Source: Octopus vulgaris (taxonomy: Eukaryota). Taken from it: 64,000 nucleotides of DNA. The stretch covers positions 19,840,001 to 19,904,000 of the forward strand of contig OX597815.1 of the NCBI GenBank assembly GCA_951406725.2, given 5' to 3'. Position numbers and translations under genes: made by a program. The notes under the pieces were generated by a model. The model saw only the letters and a program-made list of their open reading frames with translations. It was not told the origin of the DNA and did no database searches. This document shows, piece after piece, positions 43,390 through 59,749 of this stretch (the stretch's first letter is position 1; each line of letters starts with the position of its first letter).

Positions 43390-43537
43390 ATGTCACTGGG
43401 GATCGGCTGTTTCGTTAAGTGGAGAATTTGGACGGTTCCCAGGGAGCGTGAGTCTCCGTCATCACACACCATGCGTAAGGTTCGCGTCGTAGAGTCCACC
43501 TTACGGCAATGTTTATCGACCTCATCATCAACGAAGG
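43390..43537 (+). CDS. Candidate first exon (MSLGIGCFVKWRIWTVPRERESPSSHTMRKVRVVESTLRQCLSTSSSTK, or internal MFIDLIINE)
   Basis: CpG-rich unique island with a GCC-ATG start and the donor AAGG|GTAAGG at 43538. A second ATG at 43509 gives phase 2. Confidence 0.4.
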
Positions 43538-43599
43538 GTAAGGCTAATTTCTATGGGACACCCTTCGAAACACCTGAATTTCTTTTATTCATTTATTCA

Positions 43600-43972
<373 letters not shown>

Positions 43973-44300
43973 TTGTAAATATTTTATATACCTTCAAAGG
44001 TGCTTCATTTATATTATATAAAAATATATATGCATATACATAAATGCATGGGCACACATATTTAGTTACACACAAACAAACACACACCACACATATTTAT
44101 AATATTTATATATACAAATATATATATATCTATATGCACATATATATACATATGTAAACACAACAATATTTATATAGTGTATATATATATATACGCAAAC
44201 TCACGTACACACCTATGTATCTATACACACATTATATACATACATATATGTGTGTGTGTTTAAGTATATATATATATATATATACATACATACATGCATG

Positions 44301-44332
<32 letters not shown>

Positions 44333-45212
44333 CATACATACATACATTCATACATACATAATTCATACATTCATACATACATACATACATACGTATATAT
44401 ATATATATATATACACACACACATGCATACATTCATACATACACACACACACGTACATACATACATACGTACGTACATACATACATACATACATACATAC
44501 ATACATACATACATACATACATACATACACACATACATACATACATACATATCATACATATCATACCTTCTCTGAATTTTTATGATTAATAGTAAACTTC
44601 AGCATTCAAATCGTTTCCTGCATGATAACTAAATACCGCTTCCTATACTTGTTCTAGAGCTATTTTTTGTTGCTTTCACAATGAAGTTGTCACGTTGCTT
44701 TCTCTATAGCTTTACACTTCTATTTTGTCCATATAAAGCTACATAGATCTATAAATCTATATATATACATGTACGTTTCTATAGCGCTTCAGATTTGTTT
44801 TCATATTACACAGTCTCTCGTCAATATAAAGTTTATTGTTGCTCTTTGATAATTCCATGGTAATCATTGTCCGCTGAATATTCAATACCCGCTTTAATAA
44901 TGAGTTTCTGTTTGTTTTTATGCGTGAATCTGCCTCTATTGATGTGTGTGTGTCTGTGTGTTGTGTATATTTGTGTCTGCTTAAGTAAGTTTAATTATAT
45001 TATGTTATGCTGTATTGTGTTATAGTAATTAGTAATGGCGGAATTATTGATGATTTTAAATTTAAAATTATACAATGAAACACAAAAGTGAGAAAAAAGT
45101 TAGAAAGATCCTCACATATGAATGCGAGTATAAAACCTATCGTATAATGGGACGATATACACGTCTAGTCTACCTGTGTGTATATATATATATACACATA
45201 TACATATATTTG

Positions 45213-45280
<68 letters not shown>

Positions 45281-45374
45281 GAAAGACGATCAAACAAGCA
45301 GACAGACAGATAGACAGGCAGACAGACAAATCGATCAATCAATCGATCGATCGATCGATCGATAGATACATAGT

Positions 45375-45434
<60 letters not shown>

Positions 45435-45456
45435 CAGATAGATAGATAGATAGATA

Positions 45457-45509
<53 letters not shown>

Positions 45510-45583
45510 TAGGAGCATGAATTCGTAAGGGAATTGGGAATATATATATGTGTGTGTTTATAGAAATAATAAATGTTATGTAG

Positions 45584-45640
<57 letters not shown>

Positions 45641-45656
45641 CATTCACTATGCATAT

Positions 45657-45723
<67 letters not shown>

Positions 45724-46016
45724 ATGGACGGGTGGATATGGAATGCCCCTTCGCATAAAAAGCAATAAAATGCACACAACAAAGCAACGTTGTCATACTA
45801 TTTTGACTAGGTTTATGTGATTTGATGATTTTAAATGTTTCTGCGATACACATATACACTGATATGGGCATATGTCTATGAATGGATTATTTATTCTATT
45901 GTTTATCCTTCCATTAAATATTATATAATCTAAAGTATTATTGAAACAATACCTCCGGATATATATTTCATACTTCTTTTCTCCCTCCGTCTTTTCTTTC
46001 TCTCTCTCTCTCTTTC

Positions 46017-46093
<77 letters not shown>

Positions 46094-46129
46094 ATATATA
46101 TAGATAGATAGCGAGATAGATAGAAAGAT

Positions 46130-46203
<74 letters not shown>

Positions 46204-46236
46204 TATGAAAATGTGTATATATATATATATATATAT

Positions 46237-47074
<838 letters not shown>

Positions 47075-47579
47075 CACATATGTGTAAAATTAGTTATTGA
47101 CATATTTATATTAGATAGGAATGTGTATATATAACAAACAAAAATATATGCATATATACATATAGCCATCATAAGTGCTCGTGTATATATGTGCATATAT
47201 ATTTCATGTAACTAGATATTCATAATTATTCTTTTCCTTATATATGTATACAAGAAATGCACATACTGTTTATTTCAAATCTCATGGCCACCCTGCCTAA
47301 ATTCTTCAGTATATATATATATATATAAGATATATATTTGTATAGCTACATATACAAATAGCCAGATATATATACATACTTCCATATCTATGCTTACGTG
47401 CATCCACAACGTGTGTATATATGTTACATATACATACATTCACACACACACTTACACGTGCATACATATAGAGACACATACATATATATATATATGTAAA
47501 TATATATATATATCTATATATGTGTATGTACATTATATATATATATATATATATAATCACAACACACATAAACACACAC

Positions 47580-47638
<59 letters not shown>

Positions 47639-48048
47639 TGTGTGCTATAGTTTGAACAAATGAAAATGTGTATATATGTCAGTGTGTATATGTATGCATC
47701 TATTCTCCCGAATATACATCCTGTTCAGACACCTTTTTATATTCCATTGTTGTTTTTTCCTTGTCTTTCGGGGATACATATACATCTTTCCATGCATGTA
47801 TATATGTATATATGTATGTATGTGTGTGTATGTATATATGCATATAGTTACATATATATTATGATATACATATACATTTATGAACGGAAACACACACACA
47901 TATATATATATAAATAAACGTATGTATGTGTGTAGGTACACGTGTATACACTTATATATATGTTTGTGAATGTGTGTGTTTTAAGTGTATGCATATAAGT
48001 ATATATATATATGTATATGTATATATAGATATATATATATATATATAA

Positions 48049-48093
<45 letters not shown>

Positions 48094-48097
48094 CACA

Positions 48098-48158
<61 letters not shown>

Positions 48159-48159
48159 A

Positions 48160-48223
<64 letters not shown>

Positions 48224-49101
48224 TATATATATATATATATGCTGCCCTTTAATTTTTGCTCTTTCCGTTAAATCTTATACATTCATTTTTTTTATAATTT
48301 CTTGAGTAGTCAGCTTTCTCATACAGCTTCCATCACCCCCCCACAAATACCCTCACCACAGTCCTTCTCGATTCTTACTCATGTTTGCCTATCTTTACTA
48401 ACTCAATCAAGTTTCTTCATTTTCTTTTACCCTTATTTTTACTCTATTCTTTTTTTTTTTTTTTTTTGCTTCTTTGTAGCTTATGCTACTGCTTTTTTTT
48501 TGTTTTGTTTTTTTCTTGTTTTTTAGTTCCGTTTGTTTCTTACTTTATCCAAAACCATACATTTTGTAGCTTTCTGCTAATCAATATAACGCAAAGATAT
48601 CAATCACGTCTCTACCAATTTATCCTACCTGCTCCAGAACTAATATTTTTTCTCTCCTTTTTCTTCCACTTCTCTTCTTTTTCTCTTCTCTCCATGACTT
48701 ACACTTCTTTTGCTTGGTATCTTTCTAATGAAAAATCTTCTTTTAACTTCCCACCTGTTGTTCTACAAGTTTCTCCTCTCCTATTTTGATATTCCCGCTA
48801 AAACCACATTATCCTCATTATTCAGTGCATTGTGCATTCGATGCATTTTATAGCCTAAATATCTATTTAGTTATTTCGTTTTATTTCATCTTTCAGCTGG
48901 GGTTTTTTTTCTCCTTCTATATATAAACTCTGTGACTCTTTTCGACAAGTGATTTTTGCTAAATGATATTTATAACTAGTTAAGTTTTTAAAACACCAAT
49001 ACTTTTATTTAGTTTAGCGAAATACAATAAAACAAATTAACAAACGTAAATTTCAAACTAGATGATGACCGTAAAATATGACAATTCTATCTATATGAAT
49101 G

Positions 49102-49151
<50 letters not shown>

Positions 49152-49414
49152 TATATATATATACATGCGTGTGTATGTATGTATATATGTATGTATTTAT
49201 GTGTGTGTGTGTATGTATGTATGTATGTATGTATGTATGTATGTATGTATGTATGTATGTAGTGTCTGCGTTATTAACTTTAGCGAAATGGTTGATGCTT
49301 TAAATCTGTTAATGGTTGTTCTGGTAACAATAGAAAGAGGCATTGTTTTCTTGACAGAATTAACATTTTGTTAATTTTGTTTCTGACAGATTATCCTGTA
49401 CATATTTCTAAAAA

Positions 49415-49476
<62 letters not shown>

Positions 49477-51904
49477 ACATGTCTGTGAGTGGAGTATTTC
49501 TTTGTGTATCATGGCCTGGAAGTTAACGATTATTCAGTATTAGTAAAGCTTAACCAAATATTTCTAATATTACAGCAAGTGTCATTAGAGTTAAATCATT
49601 ACTTTTAATGAAACAAGTATTTTAGAAGGTAAAGCATTTTTTGCTGAGGAAACCGTATTCATATATTTGTAAGATATTATCTACCTCTTCCAAGAATTAG
49701 TCATTAAGCAAACATGTTCTGCCTCTCAAGCAGTTCCTCTCCCCAATTGCCAAATCGTTAATATAATATCATTGATATGTTGTTATATAATTAAGTGATT
49801 GCTATAGAGATTTTACCGTATCTCTTACAAGGGGAAACAATGTGCTTGATTGCATTTTAATATCCTTAACATGTTTTCTTCGGTTACAGAAGTGGTTGTC
49901 AAAACTTCCACCAAAAAATTTTGTAAAAAATTAGTTTCCAGCAAAGAGTAAAATGTTTTTTTAAGAAACGGGTCGTTTTATCTTTAAGTAGCTTTTGCAA
50001 GAATTATATTCGATTCTAGATTACATCCAACATCATACATTACCTAACTATCTTCGTGTTCCTAATTAAGACACAGCTAAGTAATAAAGGGAAAAAAAGC
50101 ATCTACTTCGGATATATGGTAATGATATTATCTGAAAAGTAGTGTCAGTTTTTAACTCAATGTCTTGACTCATCGAATGTTTATTTGTAGAACAAAGAAG
50201 ATAAGCCGCGACAATTCATTTCGGTTATATTTGCTAAGAGAAATGAAGATTTAAAAAATTTCAGTAAAAATAACGTTACATTATCTAAGTAAATGAAGTG
50301 TGGTTTGATATTAATTAATTTTACCCGAATACATAAAATTTTAGCTTAGAATTCAAATGAAAATGCAAACCAAAATATCTGCAGGACACTTTTCTAAACT
50401 ATTGACCTCAACAAGATTAGTTGAAACATTGCGGCTAAGTTATATTTACTTATCAACTTTTCAAATATTCAATTATGGTAATATTTTTGACCAGTGGCTT
50501 TGGGGTACGTCTTTATTTGACAAGAGACAAAAGACAGATTAATCCGTGACCCAGTTTAACACGGTCAGCACACCATGGGCATCTAGTTTTCGGTTCCTTA
50601 TAGTGGAATTCATTTTACTGTAAGCATTCGTACCAAGTCTAATTAGATGTTTAGCGTTTTGTGCCACTGTTTACTATTGCCATTCCTTTAACCATTTTCT
50701 CATACAGAAAATCTTGCAAAAAGTTTCACTTCTCTAAAAAACAATCAATAATTTAAATTAAATCAATAAAACTAATTATTAATTTTAATGGAAGGATCAC
50801 AAATAAAAACATGGATACAGATAATTTTTCGATGGAAACAGACCGCAAATTATGGTCCGTAGCTTGATCATGAGTTATAACTTCATATATTTTGCAAATT
50901 TTTCGTTCTAACTTCTCAGAAGGACGTATTTTGCTACACGAACATTATTTAAACTTAGTATCGTATGCAGAAGATTTTTTTCAAACTATTACCCGAAATA
51001 AACAAATTTCTAAAAGAAGTACATATGTCTAAATACGTAAAAGGATGTGTACCTGCTTTATTCTTTAACAATAGAATATTAACCTAAAACCCAGTTTCAT
51101 TAGCACTTCGGTGCTCATATAGACAACACACACATATGTATATATATACACACATACATACATTTATGCATGCATACATGCATACATACATACATACATA
51201 CATACATACATACATACATACATACATACATACATACATACATACATACATGCATATGTGCATACATGCGTATTTATTTATTTATTATGTAAAGGTGTAA
51301 AAAAGAAGCGTCAATGTATTTTATTTTTGATAATATAGCGAGAGGCACGCAGCGAATTTGAACTCAAAACTAGTAACTGGTGCCTTGCTACTTCGTAATA
51401 CATTGCAATACACGTGCATCTTTGTGACTACGTACGAATGTATATGTCTGCGTGCGTATATGTGTGTGTGTGTGTGTGTATGTGAATATTTTAGCTGTTT
51501 TGCTTTTTTAGTTGGTTTTAGCCATCACATTCTAGCCATGCTACATCATCGCTCCAATGTCTTTCTGCATTTGTGCGATTTCTGTATGTTTATATATCAT
51601 TGTGAATATGTTGACGTGATGATGTATTTAACGAGTGAGAGTGGTGTGGTGGTGTGGTGGTGGTGTTTGTTTTTCGGGAATTCAGTTCAGCAAAAGAAAA
51701 AAAAAACTCAGAAAACAAAAGAGAATAAAAACTCTTTAATAACTCCATTAAAAACCATTAGGATTTCCTTTATTTATTAACAACTTTGAGAGCTAAGTGA
51801 TTCTATATCTAGATGACTATATGTGTGTATCTGTGTGAGTCTGTGCGTTTATGTGTCTATGTATGAGTCTGTGCATTAAATCATATATATATATATATTA
51901 CATG

Positions 51905-51949
<45 letters not shown>

Positions 51950-52500
51950 TAGATAGATAGATAGATATATATACATATATATATATATATCATATATACA
52001 TTTACATAGATATATAGATATGTATATATACATATAAACACTCATATATATGAGCATTATGTATATATATTTATTTATACACACACACACATACACACAC
52101 AAACACATATATATAGGTGGCTGATTTGTTATTATATAAACATTTAAAATTTTAAAATCCTAACATACTGATAAAGATATAAATATACAGATATGATAAA
52201 ATTGTAAAGATAAAATAAAGTAACAGAATCAGTGTATGTGTCATATATATATATATATCGCCGCAGACTATAAGAATTTTATTTATATTTTACTTTCAAT
52301 ATTGCTCTACAATTAACGTTGCGGTTTTAACAGCCAGACTGATCGTCAGTAACGAACAAAAATTGTTGATGAGAACTTCTAAAGCTGCTAAAGTTGTTGA
52401 ATGTTGAGCACCAGCTTATAAAACTCGTAAAAAAAATGTAGTCTATAACTACATTATTATGCTTAATAATAATGATAATAAAATTATGATGATGATGATG

Positions 52501-52548
<48 letters not shown>

Positions 52549-53084
52549 GTAATGACGATGGTATGTATGAAATACAAATACTGAGGAGGTAACTTAGAAG
52601 GCTGTATAATTTTTCAACAAGGAATTATGTAATCTTTGCAGTTAATTTTTCGAAACGCGTGTATGTTTTATAAAGCATAAAATGCCAAATAAGTTTACTG
52701 TTTTTTTATTAATATTATGTGTGTTTCGGTGTACCAATGTGTATGTGTGTGTTAGAAGCTGAAAATATTTGAATTGTTTCTCTGAGTTTCATGCTACCAT
52801 TTTACTTCAGTAAACTGTAGCGTGTAAAATATGTTTTATGATTCATGTACTTTCAGCTTCAAATAAAAATATGCACGCTCTAGTTTATGAATCGAGTACT
52901 TTTTTCTTGGTTGGCAAAGAAGTTTTGACCAACTTGTATATCTATTTATTTCTATATTTCTATACTTCTATATCTCTATCCTCATATATATTATATTATA
53001 TATATATTATATGTATTTGTGCGTGTATACATATATATATATATATAAATATATATATATGACATTAGAATAATTACTGTGAGA

Positions 53085-53289
53085 ATATATTGTATAAAAG
53101 ATTGTGGGTAAGGCCAAAACAATGCGAAGTAAATGCATGGTAAATGCCTTTCTTGAGGATGGGGTCATAACCCCGAAATATTGAATACAAGGTAAGTCTA
53201 CATTAATTCACATATTTGTCTTCTTGAGATTTACCTTGCATTTATTTCGCATTGTTTAGGCCTTACTCCCGATCTTCTATACCATATAT
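53085..53289 (+). mobile_element. TA-flanked 205-bp element with 61-bp TIRs around a hammerhead-like core
   Basis: Arms 53085-53145 and 53229-53289 match at 53 of 61 positions by eye. The interior reads TTC-TTGAGGA-T-GGGGT(CATA)ACCCC-GAA-ATAT-T-GAA. Confidence 0.75.
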
Positions 53290-53787
53290 ATATATATATG
53301 TGAGTGTGTATGTGCGCGCGTTCGCTTCTTTCATTGCTCTAAGTTCACCTTGTATTTGCGCCTGGCAAGTCCTCATTCTCAGTGACTTAGAGACTGAATA
53401 GTGCTATGTAGGCAGTTGGTAAAACACTTTCTCCACGTCAATGATACGTTCGAATGAAAGACAAGAACTGTTGCATTTTGGCGAAAGAATACTTTGGCTA
53501 AAAAGACAGAGCAAACACAGCACAATATTTTGTCCGACGCCAATCTTGTCTGAGGTCGGAAGGCAAATTTGATCTCCAAATGTAAAGAGCCAGGAGAAAC
53601 CATCATGTGTATTTTACCCTTACGCTTTATCGATTCTGTTATGTACCATACATCGACATTTAAGAATTCAATGACAAACTTTTCCTTGTCTATACAACCG
53701 TGCGCACACAGGAAAATATGTGTATGTAGACACACACGTATACGCATACACATGCACACACGCATACACACACGTGGCGTTCAATCA

Positions 53788-54098
53788 TATAGCCTCGGGC
53801 CGACCAAAGCTTTGTGAGTGGGTTTGGTAGACGGAAACTGAAAGAACCCCGTCGTATATATGTATATATGTGTGTGTGTATGTGCATGTGTGTGTGTCTG
53901 TGTTTGTGCCCCCAACATCGCTTGACAACCGATGCTGGTGTGTTTACGTCCCCGTAACTTAGCGGTTCGGCGTAAAAGACCGATAGAATAAGTACTAGGC
54001 TTACAAAGAATATGTCCTGGGGTCAATTTGCTCGACTAAAGGCGGTGCTCCAGCATGGCCGCAGTCAAATGACTGAAACAAGTAAAAGAGTAAAAGAG
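53788..54098 (+). mobile_element. 5'-truncated young SINE family B
   Basis: Near-identical to 8683-8990 and ends in (GTAAAAGA)2. Confidence 0.9.
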
Positions 54099-54166
54099 TA
54101 TATGCATATATACATACATATATGTACATACATATATATGCATATCTATCTATATATATATGTACT

Positions 54167-54431
54167 TATGGGTACAGGACGTTACAAAACTTAAACGACA
54201 TGAAATACGAAAAACTAATTTGGGTATGCAAATAACGAGACAAACAAATGGAAAATAAGACAAGTTACATAAAGAACGACCCTTCATCATGTTTAGACAG
54301 CCGACAACGGATGAAGGGTCGTTCTTTATGTTACTTATCTTGCTTTCCATCATTTTCTCTCGTTGTTTGCATATCCAAATTAGTTTTACGTATTTCATGT
54401 TGTTTACGTTTTGTGACGTCCTGTACCCATA
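54167..54431. repeat. Foldback element with arms of about 122 bp and a 21-nt loop
   Basis: TATGGGTACAGGACGT..CATAAAGAACGACCCTTCATC / GATGAAGGGTCGTTCTTTATG..ACGTCCTGTACCCATA, embedded in TA-rich repeats. Confidence 0.9.
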
Positions 54432-54549
54432 TATAGATATATATGTATGTATGTACATATATGCATATATATAAATAAATATATATGTATATATATATAT
54501 AAATATGTATATATATATATATATATATTTATTTATTTATTTATTCATA

Positions 54550-54626
<77 letters not shown>

Positions 54627-54649
54627 TCATATATTTATTTATATATTAT

Positions 54650-54777
54650 TTATCATCGCATCCATTTCCATGCACCCATTTTCGCCTGCTAACCTTCAAC
54701 GGACAGTCCGATGCAAGTTAGTTGGCCGAAACTTCGAAGTCACTATCACTATTTTCTTATAAAAGTATAATAAATAT
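54650..54777 (+). mobile_element. Penelope-like terminal relic with a decayed hammerhead motif (54702-54747)
   Basis: GACAGT-CCGATGC-..GGCC-GAA-ACTTCGAAGT-C-ACTATC: palindromic helix III, a GUC triplet, helix I paired at 5 of 6 positions, then AATAAA. Confidence 0.5.
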
Positions 54778-57034
54778 GTGCGCTTAAAAAAAACTATTAA
54801 GTAGTCCTTCAGTTTAATGTAAAATTGTTTTTTATTTTAACTCCACAAAAACATCAAACATCAATACACCCCTCCACGCACACACACATATTATATATAT
54901 ATATATATTGTATTTATTTGTGTCTTTGATTGTATGTGCCAATCAATACGTTTGCGTATATGAGTGTGCGGTAGTGTTGTTCTGTAAGTTTGAAATCAGC
55001 GTGTTATCGATTTTTAATCAATTGACCGCTGTGGAACCACGATATCATATGACCTCTTAATTTTTTTCCAACTGTAGGATCCCTCCTCCCGTTTAACCAC
55101 CGCCTCCACAACAATAAAAGTCAACACCATCACCATCACCATCACCATCACAAACACCACCTTCACTACATCCACCACCACCACCTCCACACATGATCAA
55201 CGACAGTACTACCTCACTTGAAAGATGCTGCTACTATTTACAAAATGGTTTGCTTCATCTCCCACATCCCCCTACATCAAGATACACACATACACACGCA
55301 TACATATATATACATATATATACATATATATACACACATATACATATACTTTCCTCCTACTAAACTCAACATTGGCTCTTCCCTGTACATATATATAAAT
55401 ACATATTCACACACATATTTAAACTCGCCGTTATTATTGATCCCATCACCAACCACACCCACCACACCTTCTCCCCCTCTCTCCTTCCTCCTCCCGCTGC
55501 CCTGCCCTGCCCTAGCCTGCACTTTCCTTACCCTAACCTCTGCCCTATTCTATCACCTTCTCTACCGCTTCCACCTCTATCACACCTACAGTATCAATAT
55601 CACCTCTGCTGGCAGTACTTGTTCCAATAGAGAATGGTAATAACGTTGCACTGTTTAAACCATGTCAGCGTCACCCTTCAGTTATCCCTCTTTTGTTATT
55701 CATCATTCACAGTTGATTGTTGATTGACGACAGTGACATGGGAGGGGAACTAATAAGATATATCTCTACCTCCGAATCGAACCTGAAGAACTATATACGC
55801 ACGCTGTGTCTTTTTAGAAACTTTAACTACTAAAATACTTAAATTTAATTTAAGCAACAAACAAAAAAAAAAAAAACGAACTTGAAATAACCGTCTTTCA
55901 TTCCTTCACCTTGCGGAATTTATTATTGTTGCTGTTATAGTTGTTGTTGTTGTTCTTATTATTGTAATAGTTGTTGTGGTTGTCGTCGTTGTTATCGGGG
56001 GCTGTTGCTACTTCGTGCTGCTAAAAAATCTACAACAGAAAAAAAAAAACGAAAAAATATATATATATCCAACAGCCATGCGATGATCATCATACTATGA
56101 GCACATTGATTCTGATGATGATAATGATGATGATGACGATGACAACGACGATGACGACGACGACGATGATGATGTTGATGATGATGATGATGATGAGCAT
56201 CAACATGATAATGATGATGGTGATGATTGCACCAAAGAAAGAGATCATGTTTTAACCCAATGGAGCCAGAAAATAACGAGACGTTAATAGTAATAATAAT
56301 ATAATGATATCAATGAATCTTAACTCAAACTAATATCGATATATTCGTTTATATATATATATATATACGCCTATATGTATACCAACACAACAACTTGAGT
56401 GTGCTCACCAATGATGTTATCGATATATTACAAAAATATTGATTTCTAAAGTGACACGTGTGTAGCGAATCCAGCCTATCTACGTACATGCAATAACGTA
56501 CGTACACATACATTACGATAGGAACAATAAACATTTAGTAGAATTAAAGAAAACAAATAGCATATATATATATACACTAGTGTGTGTTTGCTTGTGTGTA
56601 CGTACATATATATATATATATGAAGAGAGACCTTTTCCTAATTGTAAAGCAAATGTTATGGAGATGAATAAAATCTGGAGAATAGATGTAACGGGCAAAA
56701 AAACATGCTCTCAGCACTGGTATTATATTTATTGATCTATATATATATATCAATCAGCTAAAGATGCTTCCTCTATCGAAAGAACATAGCATATAAATAA
56801 ATTCAAAGTATGTGCACTAGAGAAGTCTGTATAAGCAGGAAATCGACATCGTCAGCACCCCTTGAGTCTACCCTGGCATTTGAGCGGGAGATTTGAGGGG
56901 TGGTCGTTGCTTAAACAAGTTTCACAATTCTTATAAGTGACTTTGTCGTTGCTGCTGCTGCAGCTGCTATTGTTGTTGTGGTTGTTGTCGAAGTAAGTCT
57001 ATTAGTGTTTTTGGTAGGGATTTCGCTGTTTCAG

Positions 57035-57507
57035 CTAGTGTCCACGGTGACACCGTTTTTCCAAGCCGGCAAGAGGCTGCGTCGAAGTCGGCATAACCAC
57101 AATCATCATCACCATCAACAACAGCAACAACAACAAGAACAACAGCGGCAGCAGCAGCAACAACGACAGGAATATCACCATCATCATCACCACCAACATC
57201 AGCTGTATCGAGAAAGAGAAAGAGAAAAAGAAGAAGAAGAGGAAGAAGAAGAGGAAGAAGAAAAAGAAGAAGAGAAAAAGGAAGAAAAGTGCAGTGACAT
57301 CGACGAGTACTACTCTGAGCGGAATCTTCCCCCTATATTCCCTGGTGACCGTGACCATCGTCTAGCTAACAAAACAGACCCAAACGTAATTAGTGAAAAA
57401 GAAGTGAAACAGCAGACACTCGAAAAGAAGAGAAAGGGATCCGGAATGTTTTCGTGGGCGGACAGTTCCAGCGGTTTGAACGTGTTCGCTTCCGATCGAT
57501 ATTCAGT
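57035..57507 (+). CDS. Candidate exon: His/Gln/Glu-rich open frame ending MFSWADSSSGLNVFASDRYS
   Basis: CpG-rich unique sequence with acceptor-like TTTCGCTGTTTCAG| at 57034 and donor |GTGAGT at 57508. The only in-frame ATG is at 57446 (phase 2). Most of the upstream part may be 5' UTR. Confidence 0.4.
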
Positions 57508-57572
57508 GTGAGTTAATATAAATATTTGTGTATGTAACGTTATAATACCTGCCCCACTCCCTAAACCACACA

Positions 57573-57626
<54 letters not shown>

Positions 57627-57949
57627 AAGGTGCGCATACACATGTTGCTGTATACATACAGATAAATATATATAATTGCGTATGTATGTATATATATATA
57701 TATATATAGTTATATAGCTGTCATTATTTGTAACCACACACACACACATGTACACACACTTGCACACACATCTCCATACATTCTGTAATGAAATGCTATG
57801 CACGGATTCACTATTATCGCTTTGTTAAATGAATCAACGAATTTGTAGCTACACTTTTTCGTTTTATATGCTTATATAAAGCATACATACATATATATAT
57901 GTATCTCTCTCTCTTTCTCTTTCTCTATGTATATATATATATATATCAT

Positions 57950-58510
57950 GTATGTATGTTCGTATGTGTGTATGTATGCATTATGTATATATGTATTATG
58001 TATGTATGTATGTATTATGTATGTATGTATGTATTATGTATGTATGTATGTATGTATGTATTATGTATGTATGTATTATGTATGTATGTACGTATGTATG
58101 TATGTATGCATATGTATGTATTTATGTAATATGTATGTATGTATGTATGTATTATGTATGTATGCATTATGTATGTATGTATGTATTCATTATGTATGTA
58201 TGTATTATCTATGCATGTATGTATTATGTATGTATGCATGTATGTTGTATTATGTATGTATGTATATATGTATATATATATGTATGTATGTTTGTATGTA
58301 TGTATGCATTATGTATGTATGCATTATGTATGTATGTATTATGTAAGTATGTATGTATTATGTATGTATGTATGTATGTATGTATGTATGTATGTATGTA
58401 TGTGTGTACGTACGTACGTGTGTATGTATATATGTATGTGTGTGTGTATGTATGTATGTATGTATGTATGTATGTATGTATGTATGTATGTATGTATGTA
58501 TGTATGTATG
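57950..58510. repeat. Compound (TATG)n array with recurring TAT interruptions
   Basis: TATTATGTATG-type units recur throughout. Confidence 0.9.
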
Positions 58511-58700
58511 CATTGCTATTGATATTTCGCTATTAAAAGTGATTGAATTGGATCCTCGTCTGATCGAACGTCGCTATATATACGTTCTTGCAAAATAGTA
58601 AATTTTGATTGGAATGACTGACTATACACCTGTTCACTTCACGACACGTTGGCTTCGTACAAGTCGAACGAAATGAGTTACATTTTATATGAGTGCATGG

Positions 58701-58738
<38 letters not shown>

Positions 58739-59084
58739 GGATGTGTGTGAGAAGACAGTCTATGTGTATGTGTGTCTGTCAACAAAAGTATGTATGTCTC
58801 CATATATGTAAACTGTTTAGATGTACAGAAGGCGGTGTATTTTAGACTTTGTCACAAACATTGAGACAGATGAGAACTATTGGTTCCGTGTCCCATGAGC
58901 AAAGTACGTAGCTGTCAGAGGAGGGCAGTAAATAATCGTCATTGGAGATACCCACCCCACCTCTACATTACCCCTTTACCAATAATCGAAAATTCTATAC
59001 CATATCGATATCTTCCTTTGTCATCAATTGTCGTATTTGTTGTTGCTATTGTTGTTGTTTCGCCTTAATTCAGCCACATTATAC

Positions 59085-59139
<55 letters not shown>

Positions 59140-59450
59140 TATTCAGCCACAATACAGAATATATGCGTATACCCAAACAGGTTCTTGTCATAACTATCTC
59201 GTCACATTTTGTTATATGATAAATTTCGAACCAAATTAAGCAATTATGTATCTCTAAGACATTGTGTTGTGATTTTTGAAGGAGATCTTGTTGCTATTTC
59301 TAGCGCAGACAGAACGACAACTAGTACATTCTTTCTTTGTTTTTATGTCGTATTTGTTTGTTCGTCTGGTACCAGACCTGTAAAGGGGACACAATCATGG
59401 GATCACCCATTGCAGAAACGTTTATGGGTTAAGGCTTGCTTTCTGTTTTT

Positions 59451-59540
<90 letters not shown>

Positions 59541-59711
59541 GGAAGGATGAATGGATGGATGGACGGACGGACGGACACACGGATGGATGCATGCATGCTT
59601 GGCCGGACATACAGACAAGCATACAGACACACAGATAAATATTTAACATTCATATATGTACATATATGTGTGTGGGTAAGCACAAATATAAGTGCGTGTG
59701 TACATGTATAC

Positions 59712-59747
<36 letters not shown>

Positions 59748-59749
<2 letters not shown>

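Noticed and set aside
51098-51122. AGCAC-TTCG-GTGCT hairpin as a Helitron 3' end or terminator
   Set aside because: Only 5 bp, no canonical CTAG end and no identifiable 5' end.
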